The notes: a model not told the origin generated them from the letters alone. Counted from the stretch's first letter, positions 23,360-36,432 are shown. The stretch is 64,000 bases of DNA from Polyangiaceae bacterium (GCA_044222475.1 JBGANF010000021.1:1-64000), one strand, 5' to 3'. A program made the numbers and translations.

Positions 23360-24423
23360 TGCGCGACCTCGCGAATCTTGGCTCCGTCCTCGACCCCGAG
23401 CGCCCCATCGGCGGCGACGCGGTCGCCGGCCGACACCCCCTCGACCGCGACGAGATCGCCGGGGAGCGCACCGGCCGCCTTCACCGAGACCACGCGCGCC
23501 GTAGCCCCACAGACGAGGACCTCGCTCTTGTCCCCTCCGGCGCTTCGCACCGCCGCCCGAGGGACCGCGACGACGGCGCGGTCGCTTCCGAGGTCGATCG
23601 TCGCGCTCACGAGCGCGCCGAGCACCGCCTTGGCCCCCGAGCCGAGGGTCACCCGGACCGTTCCGAGCCCCGTCACGCGGTCGACCGAGGGCGGAGCAGC
23701 GAGGACGACGCCGTCGAACGATGTACCAGGCTGGGACACGAACGACACCTTCGCCTTCTGCCCCGGAGCGACCCGCGCAAGGTCGGCAGCACTCGCAGTG
23801 AGCACGACCTCGGCCGCGGCCGGGTCGGCGATCTCCGCGATGGCGGTGGCGCTCGTACCGTCGACGATGTCGCCCTGCCGCCGAAGAACGCGCAGCACGA
23901 TCCCACTCTGGGACGACCGCACGTTGCACCTACCGGCGACGAGGTTCGCGTCGTCGACGCGGGCGCGCTCGGCGTCGACCGCGCTCTTTGCGGCGGCCTC
24001 GCGCGCGGTCGCCGCTTCGAGTGCCTGCTTGGCGGCGATCCCACGCTCGACGAGGTGAGCCTCGCGCTCTCGCGCGGCTTTGGCCTCGACGAGAGCCGCG
24101 TTGGCCGAGTCGAGGCCCGCCTGAGCCTGCTTCGCCGCATCGACGTGAGGTCCGCACTCGATCTCCGCGATCAGCGCTCCGGGCGTGACCGCGTCTCCTT
24201 CGCGCACCTTGATCGCTCGAATGCGACCCGCGACCTCGGCGGCGACGACGCTGTCCTTGTCCGGTCGAGCGGCGATGGCACCGCGAAGTGTGAGCTCGTC
24301 GTGCACCGTCTGCGCCACGGCAGCGACGCAGTGGACCGGGTGCGCCTCGGCGACGGTCTCCGTCTCGTGCGGCTTGCAGGCCACCGTGACGCCGAGCGCG
24401 ATGGTGATGGCGACCCACCTCAT
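23356..24423 (-). CDS. RND periplasmic adaptor
   Basis: Lipobox 'TVAC', 'VREGDAV', coiled coil; ATGA overlap with the TolC gene. Confidence 0.85.
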   Translation of the reverse strand: MRWVAITIALGVTVACKPHETETVAEAHPVHCVAAVAQTVHDELTLRGAIAARPDKDSVVAAEVAGRIRAIKVREGDAVTPGALIAEIECGPHVDAAKQAQAGLDSANAALVEAKAAREREAHLVERGIAAKQALEAATAREAAAKSAVDAERARVDDANLVAGRCNVRSSQSGIVLRVLRRQGDIVDGTSATAIAEIADPAAAEVVLTASAADLARVAPGQKAKVSFVSQPGTSFDGVVLAAPPSVDRVTGLGTVRVTLGSGAKAVLGALVSATIDLGSDRAVVAVPRAAVRSAGGDKSEVLVCGATARVVSVKAAGALPGDLVAVEGVSAGDRVAADGALGVEDGAKIREVAQ

Positions 24424-25631
24424 GGGAGGCCCGCCGCCCATCGAAGCCGGGCGATCGCGCGACCACGCTCCGCCTCGGTGCGCACCGCGGAGAGCCGGGT
24501 CTGCGCGAGCGTCTGCGCCGCCGCGAGGACCGCAGTCAGATCGAGCGCGCCATGCTCGTACGCTTCGATCGACAGCGCGGCAGCTTGCTCGGCGGCGGGG
24601 AGGACCTTCTCGACCGTCGCACGCGCACGACCGATCGCCGCGAGCGCTTCGGCTCGGGCCGCGGCGAGTCGACCGGTAGCGTCGACGCGCGCACCGTCGG
24701 CCGCCACCGCGGCGAGCGCGCGCTGACTGTCGGCACGCGTGACGAGCGGCCCGTCGAAGAGCGGGATGTCGAGCGCGATCCCGAACTGCACGTCGTTCTC
24801 CGGTGCCTGACGGCGGAGGAAATTTCCGCCGGCTTGGAGCGCCAGCACGGGGAACCGCGCGCGACCTGCTTGCGCAGCGGCCGCATCGGCCTCGCGAACC
24901 GCGGCGTCGGCCGTGCGTACCAGCGGATGCCGATCGACCGCGGCAGCATCGTTGCCGGCGGGAGGAACGTCCGTCTCTCCGAGCGGAGGACCTCGCGTGA
25001 CGTAGTGCTCCGTCTGCGCATCGGCCCCGAGCGCAAGGGCGAGCCGCGCCTCCTGCGCCCGAACGCCGATCGCGAGCGCGTCGGCTTCCGCGAGCGCGCG
25101 CGCTGCGTCGGCCTCGGCGCGGAGCACGTCGAGGTGGGGCGAAGAGCCCTCGTCCTCTCGCGCTCGCGCGACGGTGGCAACGCGCTCGCTGCGGGTCGCT
25201 TCGTCGCGCGCGATCGCGCTCTCGTGCTCGGCGAGCCAGAGGTCGATCCACGCGAGGGCGGCGGCGAGCCGAGCGTCGAGCTTCACCGCGCCGAGGCTCG
25301 CCTCTCTCGTGGCGACCAGAGCACGGCCGGCGTCCCGTGCGACTCCGACCTGTCCGAAGACGGGGAGGAAGAACACGACGCTCCCGGTGAGGATCGCGGT
25401 GGCGGTGGTCGTACCGAGCGCGACGCGCGGGTTCGGGAAGATGCCGGCCACGCCAATCTCCGTGCGGGCTGCGTCCACGCGGGCCGTCGCGATGCGCGGC
25501 TGCGTCGCCCCCATCGCTGCGAGATCGAGCGCCTCGCCGATCGCGATCGACCGCGGAGGCGCCTCGGCGCGCGCTGCCGCGGAGCACGATAGGCTCGCGA
25601 CGACGAGGCATGCGAGGAGGCGACGAATCAC
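24420..25631 (-). CDS. TolC-family outer membrane efflux protein
   Basis: Signal peptide, 'FPNP', 'IPLFD', 'AYEHG'; first gene of an OMF-MFP-RND operon. Confidence 0.85.
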   Translation of the reverse strand: MIRRLLACLVVASLSCSAAARAEAPPRSIAIGEALDLAAMGATQPRIATARVDAARTEIGVAGIFPNPRVALGTTTATAILTGSVVFFLPVFGQVGVARDAGRALVATREASLGAVKLDARLAAALAWIDLWLAEHESAIARDEATRSERVATVARAREDEGSSPHLDVLRAEADAARALAEADALAIGVRAQEARLALALGADAQTEHYVTRGPPLGETDVPPAGNDAAAVDRHPLVRTADAAVREADAAAAQAGRARFPVLALQAGGNFLRRQAPENDVQFGIALDIPLFDGPLVTRADSQRALAAVAADGARVDATGRLAAARAEALAAIGRARATVEKVLPAAEQAAALSIEAYEHGALDLTAVLAAAQTLAQTRLSAVRTEAERGRAIARLRWAAGLP

Positions 25632-25637
25632 GACGCC

Positions 25638-25672
25638 ATCCTAGAATCAGCCCCTTAACGGCGGCTTAACGG
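25638..25672 (-). promoter_or_regulatory. OmpR-family (PmrA/QseB-like) direct-repeat box plus -10 element for the efflux operon
   Basis: CTTAACGG at 25654-25661 and 25665-25672 (11-bp period); minus-strand TAGGAT (25638-25643) lies 6 nt before the GTG start. Confidence 0.65.
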
Positions 25673-26955
25673 GCCTCCCAGCGGGGGAAACGAAGGCGCG
25701 CGCGGAACCCGGACTTCGGAGGGCCGACGTTCTCCAGCGTGAGGGAGCCGCCATGAAGCCGTGCGACGTGGTCGACGAGCGCAAGACCGATTCCCGTGCC
25801 TCGGCTCTTCCCCGAACCTTCACCCCGAACGAACGCGACCTTGACGCGTTCGAGCTCGGCTTCGACGATCCCCTTCCCTTCGTCGACCACGTCGACGGTG
25901 ACGTCGTCGCCGAGCGTCGTCGCAATCGTCACGGTTCCTTCGCCGTGGAGCAGCGCGTTCTCGACCAGGTTGCGCAGCGCGTGCTCGAGGAGCGCCGGCT
26001 CGCCCGATACGAGGGCATCCGCAGTGCGAGACACCTCGACGCGCGCTCGCTCCTGCTCGTCGAGCCCACGCAGAACCGCATCGACGGTATCGGAGAGATC
26101 GACGGGCTCGACCTGGGGGAGCGCGCCGCGCGCGATCGCAAGGAGAGCCTCGGTCAGGCGAACGAGATCGGTCACGTTGGCGAGTGCGAGACGAATACGG
26201 TCCTTCGGCTCGCCCGCGAGCCCCGGCTCCTGAAGCGCGAGCTCGAGCTGTCCCCGGAGGCGCGTCAGCGGCGTGCGTAGCTCGTGGGCGGCGTCGGCGA
26301 CGAAGCGTGTCTCTCGCGCGGTCGCGATTTCGGCCCGGGCGAGCGCGGCGCGCAGGGCCGCGGAGAGCGAGTCCACCTCGGCGAGCCCCCATGTTTCCGG
26401 GACGTCGGTGCTGCGCGGGAGGGCGTCAGCGTCGCGGAGCTTCGCCTCGAGACGGAGGAGCGGAACCACTGCGCCGCGAGCGGAGCGACGGCCGGCGGCG
26501 AAGAGGAGAAACCCCGACAGAAGCGCGGTCAGGAAGATGGCCACACCGACCGGTGCCGCGACCGATGCGATGCTCCGCAGCGGCGTCACGACGACGACAT
26601 GGAAGCTCGCGATCGAGGCTCGGCACCGTCGTTCGGTCGCCTCGAACGTGCACCCGTCGCTCCCCGAGTCGCGCGCGGCACCGCCGAGGGTCTCGCTGCC
26701 GTCGAACGCCTCGACGGTGCGCGCACCGAGGGCGAGCTCACTGGTCTCCTTCGCGAACACGCTGCGCGCGGTCGCGTGCCCTGCCTCGTCGAGCTCTTGC
26801 GCGAGATCGTGCGCGATCGCGATCGCTTCGTCGTCGTCCTGCTTCAATGCTGCTGCGAACGACACCAGAAGCCCAATCGCGATGACCGTGCCCGAGGTCA
26901 CGACGACGGTACGAAGGATCGCACGATCGAGGACGCGCCGAAGGGAGGCGCTCAC
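25666..26955 (-). CDS. Sensor histidine kinase
   Basis: H-box 'AAHELRTPL', N-box 'NLVENALLHG', 'DEGKG', 'GTGIGL'; two TM segments. Confidence 0.95.
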   Translation of the reverse strand: MSASLRRVLDRAILRTVVVTSGTVIAIGLLVSFAAALKQDDDEAIAIAHDLAQELDEAGHATARSVFAKETSELALGARTVEAFDGSETLGGAARDSGSDGCTFEATERRCRASIASFHVVVVTPLRSIASVAAPVGVAIFLTALLSGFLLFAAGRRSARGAVVPLLRLEAKLRDADALPRSTDVPETWGLAEVDSLSAALRAALARAEIATARETRFVADAAHELRTPLTRLRGQLELALQEPGLAGEPKDRIRLALANVTDLVRLTEALLAIARGALPQVEPVDLSDTVDAVLRGLDEQERARVEVSRTADALVSGEPALLEHALRNLVENALLHGEGTVTIATTLGDDVTVDVVDEGKGIVEAELERVKVAFVRGEGSGKSRGTGIGLALVDHVARLHGGSLTLENVGPPKSGFRARLRFPRWEAR

Positions 26956-27662
26956 TCGTCACCGTAGGTCTTGGGACCGTGGGCCTTGGGACCGTCGAGC
27001 GCGTAGCCGTTCCCGCGGACCGTCCGAACGATCGGCGTTCCCGCTGGACCATCGAGCTTGCGCCGGATGCGCGACAAGATGACGTCGAGGCTCGCGCGCG
27101 CGCCGTCGTCGGCTTCGCCCCACACGCGCTCGAGAAGCGTCTCGGTCGGCACCACGCGCCCTTCGGCCATCGCGAGCACGCGCAGGACCTCCCACTCGCG
27201 GGCGGTGATCGGCAGGGTCGATTCGCCGGCTCGAGCCACTCGGCGGTCGAAATCCAGCGTCAGCTCGCCGATGCGGATCGTCCCGTCGACCCGAGCTTCA
27301 CCGCGCCGCGCGAGGGCGCGCGCGCGCAGGACGAGCTCGCGTACGGCAAACGGCTTTGCCAGATAGTCGTCGGCGCCGGCTTCGAGGCCGTCGACGCGCG
27401 CGTCCACCGCACCTCTCGCGCTGAGGAAGAGAACCGGAGTCCGCACTCCGCGCCGCCGAAGGTCGCGGCAGACGTCGAGCCCGCTCGCCCCTTCGAGCAT
27501 CACGTCGAAGACGAAGAGCGCAAAGGGCTCGGCGGCCGACGCGAGCTCGGCCTCGAGCTCGGCCGGCGACGCCGCCGACGCGACGTCGAACCCGTCGCGA
27601 GAGAGGGCACGCACGACGACCTCACGAGTCTCGGCGTCGTCGTCGAGGACCAGGGCGCGCAC
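26952..27662 (-). CDS. OmpR-family response regulator
   Basis: 'LVLDDD', 'FDVML', 'ADDYLAKPF', winged helix 'RTVRGNGY'. Confidence 0.95.
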   Translation of the reverse strand: MRALVLDDDAETREVVVRALSRDGFDVASAASPAELEAELASAAEPFALFVFDVMLEGASGLDVCRDLRRRGVRTPVLFLSARGAVDARVDGLEAGADDYLAKPFAVRELVLRARALARRGEARVDGTIRIGELTLDFDRRVARAGESTLPITAREWEVLRVLAMAEGRVVPTETLLERVWGEADDGARASLDVILSRIRRKLDGPAGTPIVRTVRGNGYALDGPKAHGPKTYGDE

Positions 27663-27677
27663 CGCGGCAGTCTACGC

Positions 27678-28208
27678 TCATCCGCAGGTGCAGTCGCGGC
27701 AGCCCGATTTCGCGCACGCCCCGCAGGCTGCGAGGACCCCTCGGCGAAGGGCTTCGCGAGCGCGGAACACGCGGACCGCCGCGTTGGTGCTCGTGATGGC
27801 GTTCGCCTGTGCGAACTCGGTCACCTTCGCGCCGTCCACCTCGATCGCGTTCAGCGCGGCGACGTACTCGGGCTTCAAGCTCTCGGCCACGCGAACGACG
27901 CAGCGACACACCGACGCCGGGCGATGCTCGATCGCGTCGACCCTATCGTCGACCTCGGTCGCGAGATCGGCGAGGGCGCGATCCTCGGTGCCTCGCCGCC
28001 GATGCCGATCGATGATCGCGTTGCGAAGCGCTCGGTAGAACCACGCGACGACCGCGTCCTCGTCGCGGAGGTCGTCCTGATGCGTGACCGCCTTGGTGAG
28101 CGCGGCTTGGACGAGATCTTCGGCGAGCGCGCGGTCGCGGACGCGGTGCTCGACGAACGACACGAAGTCGCCGCGGCGGGCGCTGAGGACGTCGATCGGC
28201 TGGGGCAT
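27678..28208 (-). CDS. corE: CorE-like metal-activated ECF sigma factor
   Basis: Sigma2 'AEDLVQ...WFYRALRNAIID', CxC ('CRC') linker, sigma4, and C-terminal Cys-rich tail 'CGACAKSGCRDCTCG'. ATG 28208 follows GGAGG; alternative TTG start at 28220. Confidence 0.8.
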   Translation of the reverse strand: MPQPIDVLSARRGDFVSFVEHRVRDRALAEDLVQAALTKAVTHQDDLRDEDAVVAWFYRALRNAIIDRHRRRGTEDRALADLATEVDDRVDAIEHRPASVCRCVVRVAESLKPEYVAALNAIEVDGAKVTEFAQANAITSTNAAVRVFRAREALRRGVLAACGACAKSGCRDCTCG

Positions 28209-28229
28209 GACCTCCGCCAACGTGCATCG

Positions 28230-30434
28230 TCACGCGAACCTGCGCAAGCGCAGCGAGTTGACGAGGACCGAGATGCTCGAGAGCGCCATCGCCGCGCTCG
28301 CGAACACCGGTGACAACGCCCAGCCCGTCAGCGGCAGCAGAACGCCCGCCGCGAGAGGAATCCCGACGACGTTGTAGACGAACGCCCACACGAAGTTCTG
28401 ACGCACGGTACGCATCGCCGCGCGCGCGAGGCGGAGAGCGGTCGGCAAGCGTTCGATGCCGCCGCCGAGAAGCGCGAGATCGGCGAGCGCGAGGGCAACG
28501 TCCGCACCGCCCCCGATCGCGATGCCGACGTCGGCCGCAGCCAGCGCAGGGCCATCGTTGACCCCGTCGCCGACCATCGCGACCACCCCGCGCGAACGGG
28601 CGGACGTCACGACACGCGCCTTCCCCTCGGGCAAGACCTCCGCCACCACGTCGGTGATCCCGATGTCGGCCCCGATCGACTCCGCGACTTCCCGCCGGTC
28701 GCCGGTCACCATGGTGAGCTCGTACCCGGCGGCGCGGAGCTCGGAAGTGACTCGACGAGCTTCGGGGTTCGCGCGGTCCGCGATCGCGAGGACGCCGGCG
28801 ACGGTTCCATCGATGACGGCCACGACGGCCGTTCGTCCTGCGCGGGCGTGCGTCGTCACCAGCGCCTGCGCCGCGCTCGAGCTCACGCCGCGCTCGTCGA
28901 GCCACGCCATCGTCCCCACCAGGATGGCGTGCCCGTTCGTCCGACCTTCGATCCCGGCGCCATGGTGCGCGAGGAAGAAGTCCGGCGTGTCGATCGCGAG
29001 GCCCCGCTGCACGGCACCACGAACGATCGCGCGAGCGACGGGGTGCTCGCTTCGACTTTCGACCGTCGCCACGAGCGAAAACCAGTCGGGGGAAGCGCCT
29101 TCGATCGCGTCCACCGACACGAGCTCCGGCTTCCCCTCGGTGAGGGTCCCCGTCTTGTCGAGGAGGATCGTGTCGACCCGACTCGCGGCTTCGAGCGCCT
29201 CACCGCCTCGGAGCAGGACACCGAGCTCGGCGCCACGGCCGGTCGCGGCCGCCACCGCCGCCGGCGTAGCGAGCCCGAGGGCGCACGGGCACGCGATGAC
29301 GAGCACGGCGACGGCGCGCTCGAGCGCCACTGCACCGCCGACGCCTGTCGGATCGACCGAAAACCAGACGAAGAAGGTGATGATCGCGATGACGACGACG
29401 ACGGGAACGAAGATGGCGCTGATGCGATCGGCCAGGCGCGCGATCGGTGCCTTCGAGCCTTGAGCGCGTTCGATCGCCGCTGCGATCCGCGACAACGCCG
29501 AATCGCTCCCGAGACTCGTCGCGCGAACGACCAGGGCGCCCGGGCCGTTGAGCGATCCGCCGACCACCGAGTCGCCGACCCGCTTGTCGATGGGCATGCT
29601 CTCGCCCGTGAGCATCGACTCGTCGACGCTCGATTCGCCGCTCTCGATCACCCCATCGGCGGCCAACCGTTCGCCGGGACGAACGAGGATGCGATCGCCG
29701 CGAGTGAGCGCTGCGACGTCGACGTCGACGATCGCTCCTCCGTCACCGAGGCGACGCGCGATCTGTGGGCGGTGGGCGAGCAACGCAGTGACGGCGTCTC
29801 GAAGCTTCTCCTTGGCCTTTCCTTCGAGCATCTTCCCGATGAGGAGGAAGGTGACGACCGCACCAGCCGCCTCGAAGTAGAGGTGCGGCGCGCGCCCGTG
29901 CGCCGCGTGGGGCATGAGGTCGGGAGCGAGCACTCCGACGAGCGAGTATCCGTAGGCCGCGGTCACTCCGAGGCTCACGAGCACGTTCATGTCCGCGCTC
30001 CCGTGACGCAGCGCGCCGAACGCTTGGCGAAAGAAGCGCCGCCCGGGCCCGAAGACGATCAAGGTCGCGAGGACGAGCTGAATCGTCCTGGCTGCAGGAG
30101 TGACGAACGCGGCTACGCCGTGCCCCATCCCGATGACGAGGAGCGGGGCCGTGAGCGCGATCGCCACGGCGAGCTCCGTTCGCGCATCCCTGTCCCCATT
30201 TGGTACAGGATCGCCGGTCGCACCGAGCGGCCTGGCGCGATACCCGGCACCCTCCACGGCGGCGACGAGCGCGGTCGCGTCGGCACGTGCTCCGTCGAAC
30301 GACACCGTCGCGCGCTCGGTCACCAGGTTCACCGACGCCTCGTCGACGCCTCCGACCTTCGTGAGGGCACGTTCGACCCGCCCCACGCACGCAGCGCAGG
30401 TCATCCCTTCGATTTCGAGCTCGAGCTCCGACAT
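28230..30434 (-). CDS. copA: Cu(I)-translocating P1B-1 ATPase with N-terminal HMA domain
   Basis: 'GMTCAAC', 'TGES', 'CPC', 'DKTGT', 'SEHP', 'GDGVND', 'YN', 'AMALSS'; start at ATG 30434. Confidence 0.92.
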   Translation of the reverse strand: MSELELEIEGMTCAACVGRVERALTKVGGVDEASVNLVTERATVSFDGARADATALVAAVEGAGYRARPLGATGDPVPNGDRDARTELAVAIALTAPLLVIGMGHGVAAFVTPAARTIQLVLATLIVFGPGRRFFRQAFGALRHGSADMNVLVSLGVTAAYGYSLVGVLAPDLMPHAAHGRAPHLYFEAAGAVVTFLLIGKMLEGKAKEKLRDAVTALLAHRPQIARRLGDGGAIVDVDVAALTRGDRILVRPGERLAADGVIESGESSVDESMLTGESMPIDKRVGDSVVGGSLNGPGALVVRATSLGSDSALSRIAAAIERAQGSKAPIARLADRISAIFVPVVVVIAIITFFVWFSVDPTGVGGAVALERAVAVLVIACPCALGLATPAAVAAATGRGAELGVLLRGGEALEAASRVDTILLDKTGTLTEGKPELVSVDAIEGASPDWFSLVATVESRSEHPVARAIVRGAVQRGLAIDTPDFFLAHHGAGIEGRTNGHAILVGTMAWLDERGVSSSAAQALVTTHARAGRTAVVAVIDGTVAGVLAIADRANPEARRVTSELRAAGYELTMVTGDRREVAESIGADIGITDVVAEVLPEGKARVVTSARSRGVVAMVGDGVNDGPALAAADVGIAIGGGADVALALADLALLGGGIERLPTALRLARAAMRTVRQNFVWAFVYNVVGIPLAAGVLLPLTGWALSPVFASAAMALSSISVLVNSLRLRRFA

Positions 30435-30453
30435 GGCGTCACCTCGCCGGGCC

Positions 30454-30479
30454 GACGCGGAGGGCGCTGAATCCTTACG
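30454..30479 (-). promoter_or_regulatory. Putative ECF (CorE) promoter for copA-corE
   Basis: Minus strand CGTAAG-gattcagcgccctcc-GCGTC. Confidence 0.7.
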
Positions 30480-30492
30480 GTCGATTTTTCTG

Positions 30493-30518
30493 CGTAAGAT
30501 CCGTCGCGGTTCCGCGTC
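30493..30518 (+). promoter_or_regulatory. Putative ECF (CorE) promoter for the copZ operon
   Basis: CGTAAG-atccgtcgcggttcc-GCGTC. Confidence 0.7.
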
Positions 30519-30559
30519 AGCCCGGTTGAAGGACACGAAGTCCGGAAAGAAAGGTTCCC

Positions 30560-30772
30560 ATGGCGGTTCAACAAACGACCATCCAAGTACGCGGAATGAC
30601 TTGCGGTTCCTGCGTACGCCACGTCGCCGGCGCGCTCCGCGCGAAAGACGGTGTCACGTCGGTGGACGTGCGCCTCGCCGACGGCGTGGCGTGCGTGATG
30701 CACGATCCCGGGGTCGCGTCGATCGGCGAGCTCCGACGTGCGATCGAGGAGGCAGGCTATGAAGCCGCTTGA
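30560..30772 (+). CDS. copZ: Copper chaperone (HMA domain)
   Basis: 'GMTCGSCV...AIEEAGY'; 70 aa. Confidence 0.9.
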   Translation: MAVQQTTIQVRGMTCGSCVRHVAGALRAKDGVTSVDVRLADGVACVMHDPGVASIGELRRAIEEAGYEAA

Positions 30773-30812
30773 AATGTCGTCACGGATCTCGGTTTCGTGG
30801 CTAGTAGCGCTC

Positions 30813-31118
30813 ATGCGCCACGCTCGCCACATCCCCTCCCTGCTGTGCGGGGTCTTCGCCGTCGGCTGCGCGACGGGTGATCTTCCCCCGCGCACGATGT
30901 CCGACCCGGCGAACCCCGCTGCGAAAGAAGGACTTCGCTTCGTCATCGAAAGCCCGATGACCGACGCTGCCACCGCGGATGCCGGTGGTCACGAGCACCA
31001 CCACGGCGCGACCAGCGCGGAGACGGGCACGCTCTACACGTGCCCGATGCACCCCGAGGTCGTGCAAGATCACCCCGGCTCGTGCCCGAAGTGCGGGATG
31101 ACGTTGAAGGCAAAGTGA
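30813..31118 (+). CDS. Small lipoprotein with a heavy-metal-binding (CPMH) domain
   Basis: Lipobox 'AVGC', 'HEHHH', 'YTCPMHP...CPKCGM'. Confidence 0.8.
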   Translation: MRHARHIPSLLCGVFAVGCATGDLPPRTMSDPANPAAKEGLRFVIESPMTDAATADAGGHEHHHGATSAETGTLYTCPMHPEVVQDHPGSCPKCGMTLKAK

Positions 31119-32479
31119 TGAGACGCCCGCTGCTCACCCTCGCCGCGCTCGCCTTCTCCGCGAGCGCGGCTTTGGGCTGCGCCTCCACGTCCCCGCGCGC
31201 GGCCGTCGCCGACGCGTCGAAGCTCGTCCAGGAGCGAAACGGGCAGGTCGTGACCTGGCTCGCGAACCCAGAGGAGGACGCGAAGGCCGAACGAGCAGTC
31301 CAAGAAATCCTCGCCAAGGACCTCTCGCTCGACGGCGCGATTCAGGTTGCGCTGCTCCGCAATCGAACGCTCCAGGCTCACTACGAGGAGCTCGGCGTCG
31401 CCCAGGCAGACCTCGTGCAAGCCGGCCTGCTCAAGAACCCGACGTTGAGCGGGACGTTTCGCTTCCCCCTCGATCCCGGCCACGAGACCGGGATCGAGGC
31501 GAGCCTCGTCGGCAGCTTCCTGGAGCTCCTGACGATGGCGTCCCGGAAGAAGATCGCGCGCCTCGCGCTCGAAGGCACCGAGTACCGCGTGGCGAGCGCG
31601 GTCATCGAGCACGTCGCCGAGACGAAGGAGGCGTACTACGCACTCCAGGCAGCGCAGCAGACGTACGCGATGCGCACGATCGTGCGCGACGCTGCACAGG
31701 CAGCGGTCGAGCTCGCGCGACGCCAGAACGCCGCCGGCACGATCAACGATCTGGAGCTCGCCAACGAAGAGGCGCTCTACGCGCAGGTATCACTCGATCT
31801 CGTACGCTCTTCGAGCGACGTCGTCGCAGCGCGCGAGGAGCTCAACCGCGCGATGGGAACGTGGGGCCAGACGACGGACTGGCGCGTCGAGAGCAAGCTC
31901 CCCCCGCTGCCGGTGGCCGATCCCGAGCTCGAGGGGCTCGAGTCTCGCGCCGTCTCCGAGCGCTTCGACTTGAAAGCCGCGCATCGCGACGTGGAGGTGA
32001 TCTCCTACGGTCTCTCGCTCGCCAAGAACACCCGATGGTTCGGTGGAGTCGACGCCGGGGTGAGCTTCGAGAAGAAACCAGAAGGCGTTCGACTCATCGG
32101 TCCGACGATCAGCCTCGAGATCCCGATCTTCGATCAGCGCCAGGCGACGATCGCCCGCATCGAGGCCGAGCTCCGCCAAGCGCAGGATCGCGAAGCCGCG
32201 CTCGCGATCGACGCGCGCTCGCGAATTCGCGAGCTCCACGGAAAACTGGGATTCGCACGCGTCGTCGCCGAGGGCTACGCGAAGACACTGGTTCCGCTGC
32301 GTGAACGCATCGTGATCCTGTCGCAGCAGCAGTACGACGCCATGCTCCTCGGCGTGTTCCAGCTCCTCGCCGCGAAGCAGGCCGAGATCTCGGCCTACCG
32401 CGATTTTCTCGATGCCTTGAAGACCTACTGGACGCTCCGTGCGGAGCTCGAAATGGAAGTCGGAGGAAAGTTGCCATGA
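31118..32479 (+). CDS. TolC-family outer membrane lipoprotein, copper-resistance associated
   Basis: TGATG coupling to the previous gene; lipobox 'ALGC'; 'AGLLKNP', 'IPIFDQ', '[12 protein letters not shown]'. Confidence 0.85.
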   Translation: MRRPLLTLAALAFSASAALGCASTSPRAAVADASKLVQERNGQVVTWLANPEEDAKAERAVQEILAKDLSLDGAIQVALLRNRTLQAHYEELGVAQADLVQAGLLKNPTLSGTFRFPLDPGHETGIEASLVGSFLELLTMASRKKIARLALEGTEYRVASAVIEHVAETKEAYYALQAAQQTYAMRTIVRDAAQAAVELARRQNAAGTINDLELANEEALYAQVSLDLVRSSSDVVAAREELNRAMGTWGQTTDWRVESKLPPLPVADPELEGLESRAVSERFDLKAAHRDVEVISYGLSLAKNTRWFGGVDAGVSFEKKPEGVRLIGPTISLEIPIFDQRQATIARIEAELRQAQDREAALAIDARSRIRELHGKLGFARVVAEGYAKTLVPLRERIVILSQQQYDAMLLGVFQLLAAKQAEISAYRDFLDALKTYWTLRAELEMEVGGKLP

Positions 32480-33711
32480 CGATCTCCCGTCGCGATTTGC
32501 TCGGAGTCGCATCGTTTGCCGCCGGCGCAGCGGCGCTTCTCTCGAAGACCAAGATGGCCGACGCGGCGCCGCCGCCCGCCGACCCGGCGCTGCCGTACGT
32601 CCCGGTGATCATGCCCAACGGCGCGACGCTCCCGTGGACGATGAAGGACGGCGTCAAGGAGTTCCGCCTCGTCGCCGAGAAGGTGAAGCACGAGGTCGCG
32701 CCGGGGATGGTCATCAACGCGTGGGGCTACAACGGTCGCACGCCCGGACCCACGATCGAGGTCGTCGAGGGCGACCGCGTGCGCATCTTCGTCGAGAACA
32801 AACTCCCCGAGCGCACGAGCGTGCACTGGCACGGCATCTTCTTGCCCAACGGCATGGACGGGGTCGCCGGCTTGAACCAACCGCACATCGAGCCGGGCGA
32901 GACCTACGTCTACGAGTTCACTCTGCGGCAGACCGGCGTGCACATGTACCACCCGCACTCGGACGAGATGGTCCAGATGGCGATGGGGATGAGCGGCTTC
33001 TTCGTCGTGCACCCGAAGGTCGCCGAGACGCCGCGCGTCGATCGCCATTTCCTGATCATGCTGCACGAGTGGTTCGTCACGCCCGGCACCGCGACGCCGA
33101 ACCCGAACATCATGAACGACTTCAACCTGTTCACCTTGAACAGCCGCGCGTGGCCCGGGACCGACGCGCTCGTGGTTCGCACCGGGCAGCGCGTGCGAGT
33201 GAGCTTCGGCAACCTCAGCATGGACAGCCACCCGTTCCATCTCCACGGGTACCGCTTCTGGCACGCCGCGACCGACGGCGGCACGATCCCGCCGAGCGCG
33301 CGCGTCCCGATGACGACGATCAACGTGCCGGTCGGCTCGACCCAGACCGTCGAGTGGGTCGCCGACGTGCCCGGCGACTGGGCGTTCCACTGCCACAAGT
33401 CGCACCACACGATGAACGCGATGAACCACGAGGTGCCGAACATGCTCGGCGTCTCGCAGGCCGGCGTCGAAGACAAGGTGCGGGCCGTGCTGCCCGACTA
33501 CATGGCCATGGGCGAGAACGGCATGGGCAACATGATGAACATGGGGCGGCCCAAGAACACGCTGCCGATGATGACCGGAACCGGCCCGTTCGGACCGATC
33601 GAGATGGGCGGCATGTTCACCGTGCTCAAGGTGCGCGACGGCATCACGAGCTTCGGCGATCCCGGCTGGTACAAACACCCCGACGGAACGGTTGCGAAGA
33701 AAGTCACCTGA
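32476..33711 (+). CDS. Tat-exported two-domain multicopper oxidase with Met-rich tail
   Basis: Tat motif 'SRRDLL'; 'HWHG', 'YHPH', 'HPFHLHG', 'HCHKSHH'. Confidence 0.9.
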   Translation: MTISRRDLLGVASFAAGAAALLSKTKMADAAPPPADPALPYVPVIMPNGATLPWTMKDGVKEFRLVAEKVKHEVAPGMVINAWGYNGRTPGPTIEVVEGDRVRIFVENKLPERTSVHWHGIFLPNGMDGVAGLNQPHIEPGETYVYEFTLRQTGVHMYHPHSDEMVQMAMGMSGFFVVHPKVAETPRVDRHFLIMLHEWFVTPGTATPNPNIMNDFNLFTLNSRAWPGTDALVVRTGQRVRVSFGNLSMDSHPFHLHGYRFWHAATDGGTIPPSARVPMTTINVPVGSTQTVEWVADVPGDWAFHCHKSHHTMNAMNHEVPNMLGVSQAGVEDKVRAVLPDYMAMGENGMGNMMNMGRPKNTLPMMTGTGPFGPIEMGGMFTVLKVRDGITSFGDPGWYKHPDGTVAKKVT

Positions 33712-33731
33712 CGTCGTCGCGGGCGTTCGAC

Positions 33732-33757
33732 CGTAATCACCGCGCAGCCTCTGCGTC
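33732..33757 (+). promoter_or_regulatory. Putative ECF (CorE) promoter for the second Cu ATPase
   Basis: CGTAAT-caccgcgcagcctct-GCGTC, followed by AGGAGG and ATG. Confidence 0.7.
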
Positions 33758-33776
33758 TTCACTTCAGGAGGACGAC

Positions 33777-35885
<2,109 letters not shown>

Positions 35886-35916
35886 AGAACGGATAGGATT
35901 TGGGGTGGAGGGACCG

Positions 35917-36432
35917 ATGAGGCTTTTACCCCTGATTTCGGGCTTGCTCTTCGTGGTCGGGATCACGGCCGCTGGCTGCGGCGGATCGGACGGGGGTCCG
36001 GTGTACGCGCAGGGCTCCGCAGGCGGCGCCTGTTACCCGAACGCCACGTGCAACGCCGGGCTCGCTTGCGTCGGTGGTGTGTGCGTCACGTCGAGCAACG
36101 ACGCCGGCAGTGACGTGGGAGTCACCGACACCGGCACCGCCGACGTCTTCAACGACGCCGGGCAGCCGTGCCCGGGCGCGACCATCAACCACCCGAGCGA
36201 CAACGAGACGCGCGGCGTGAACACGTCGGTTCCGTTCATCGGCAACGCGCGCGACGCCAAGTGCGCCCCCATCACCGGGCAGAACCTCGCGTGGGACGAC
36301 AACGGCACGCCGATCGGCACGGGCGCTTCGTTCAACTACTCGTTCACGACGACCGGAACGCGCACGATCACCCTCGTCGCCACCGACGGCGCAGCCAAGT
36401 ACAAGGCGACGATCAAGCTGAACGTCAATTGA
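35917..36432 (+). CDS. Lipoprotein with a small Cys domain and PKD/Ig-like C-terminus
   Basis: Lipobox 'AAGC'; 'CYPNATCNAGLAC'; 'GTRTITLVATD'. Confidence 0.7.
   Translation: MRLLPLISGLLFVVGITAAGCGGSDGGPVYAQGSAGGACYPNATCNAGLACVGGVCVTSSNDAGSDVGVTDTGTADVFNDAGQPCPGATINHPSDNETRGVNTSVPFIGNARDAKCAPITGQNLAWDDNGTPIGTGASFNYSFTTTGTRTITLVATDGAAKYKATIKLNVN

Noticed and set aside
26970..26995. 11-bp direct repeat at the response regulator 3' end (GPKAH-GPKTY)
   Set aside because: It is a short in-frame slippage in an unstructured tail.
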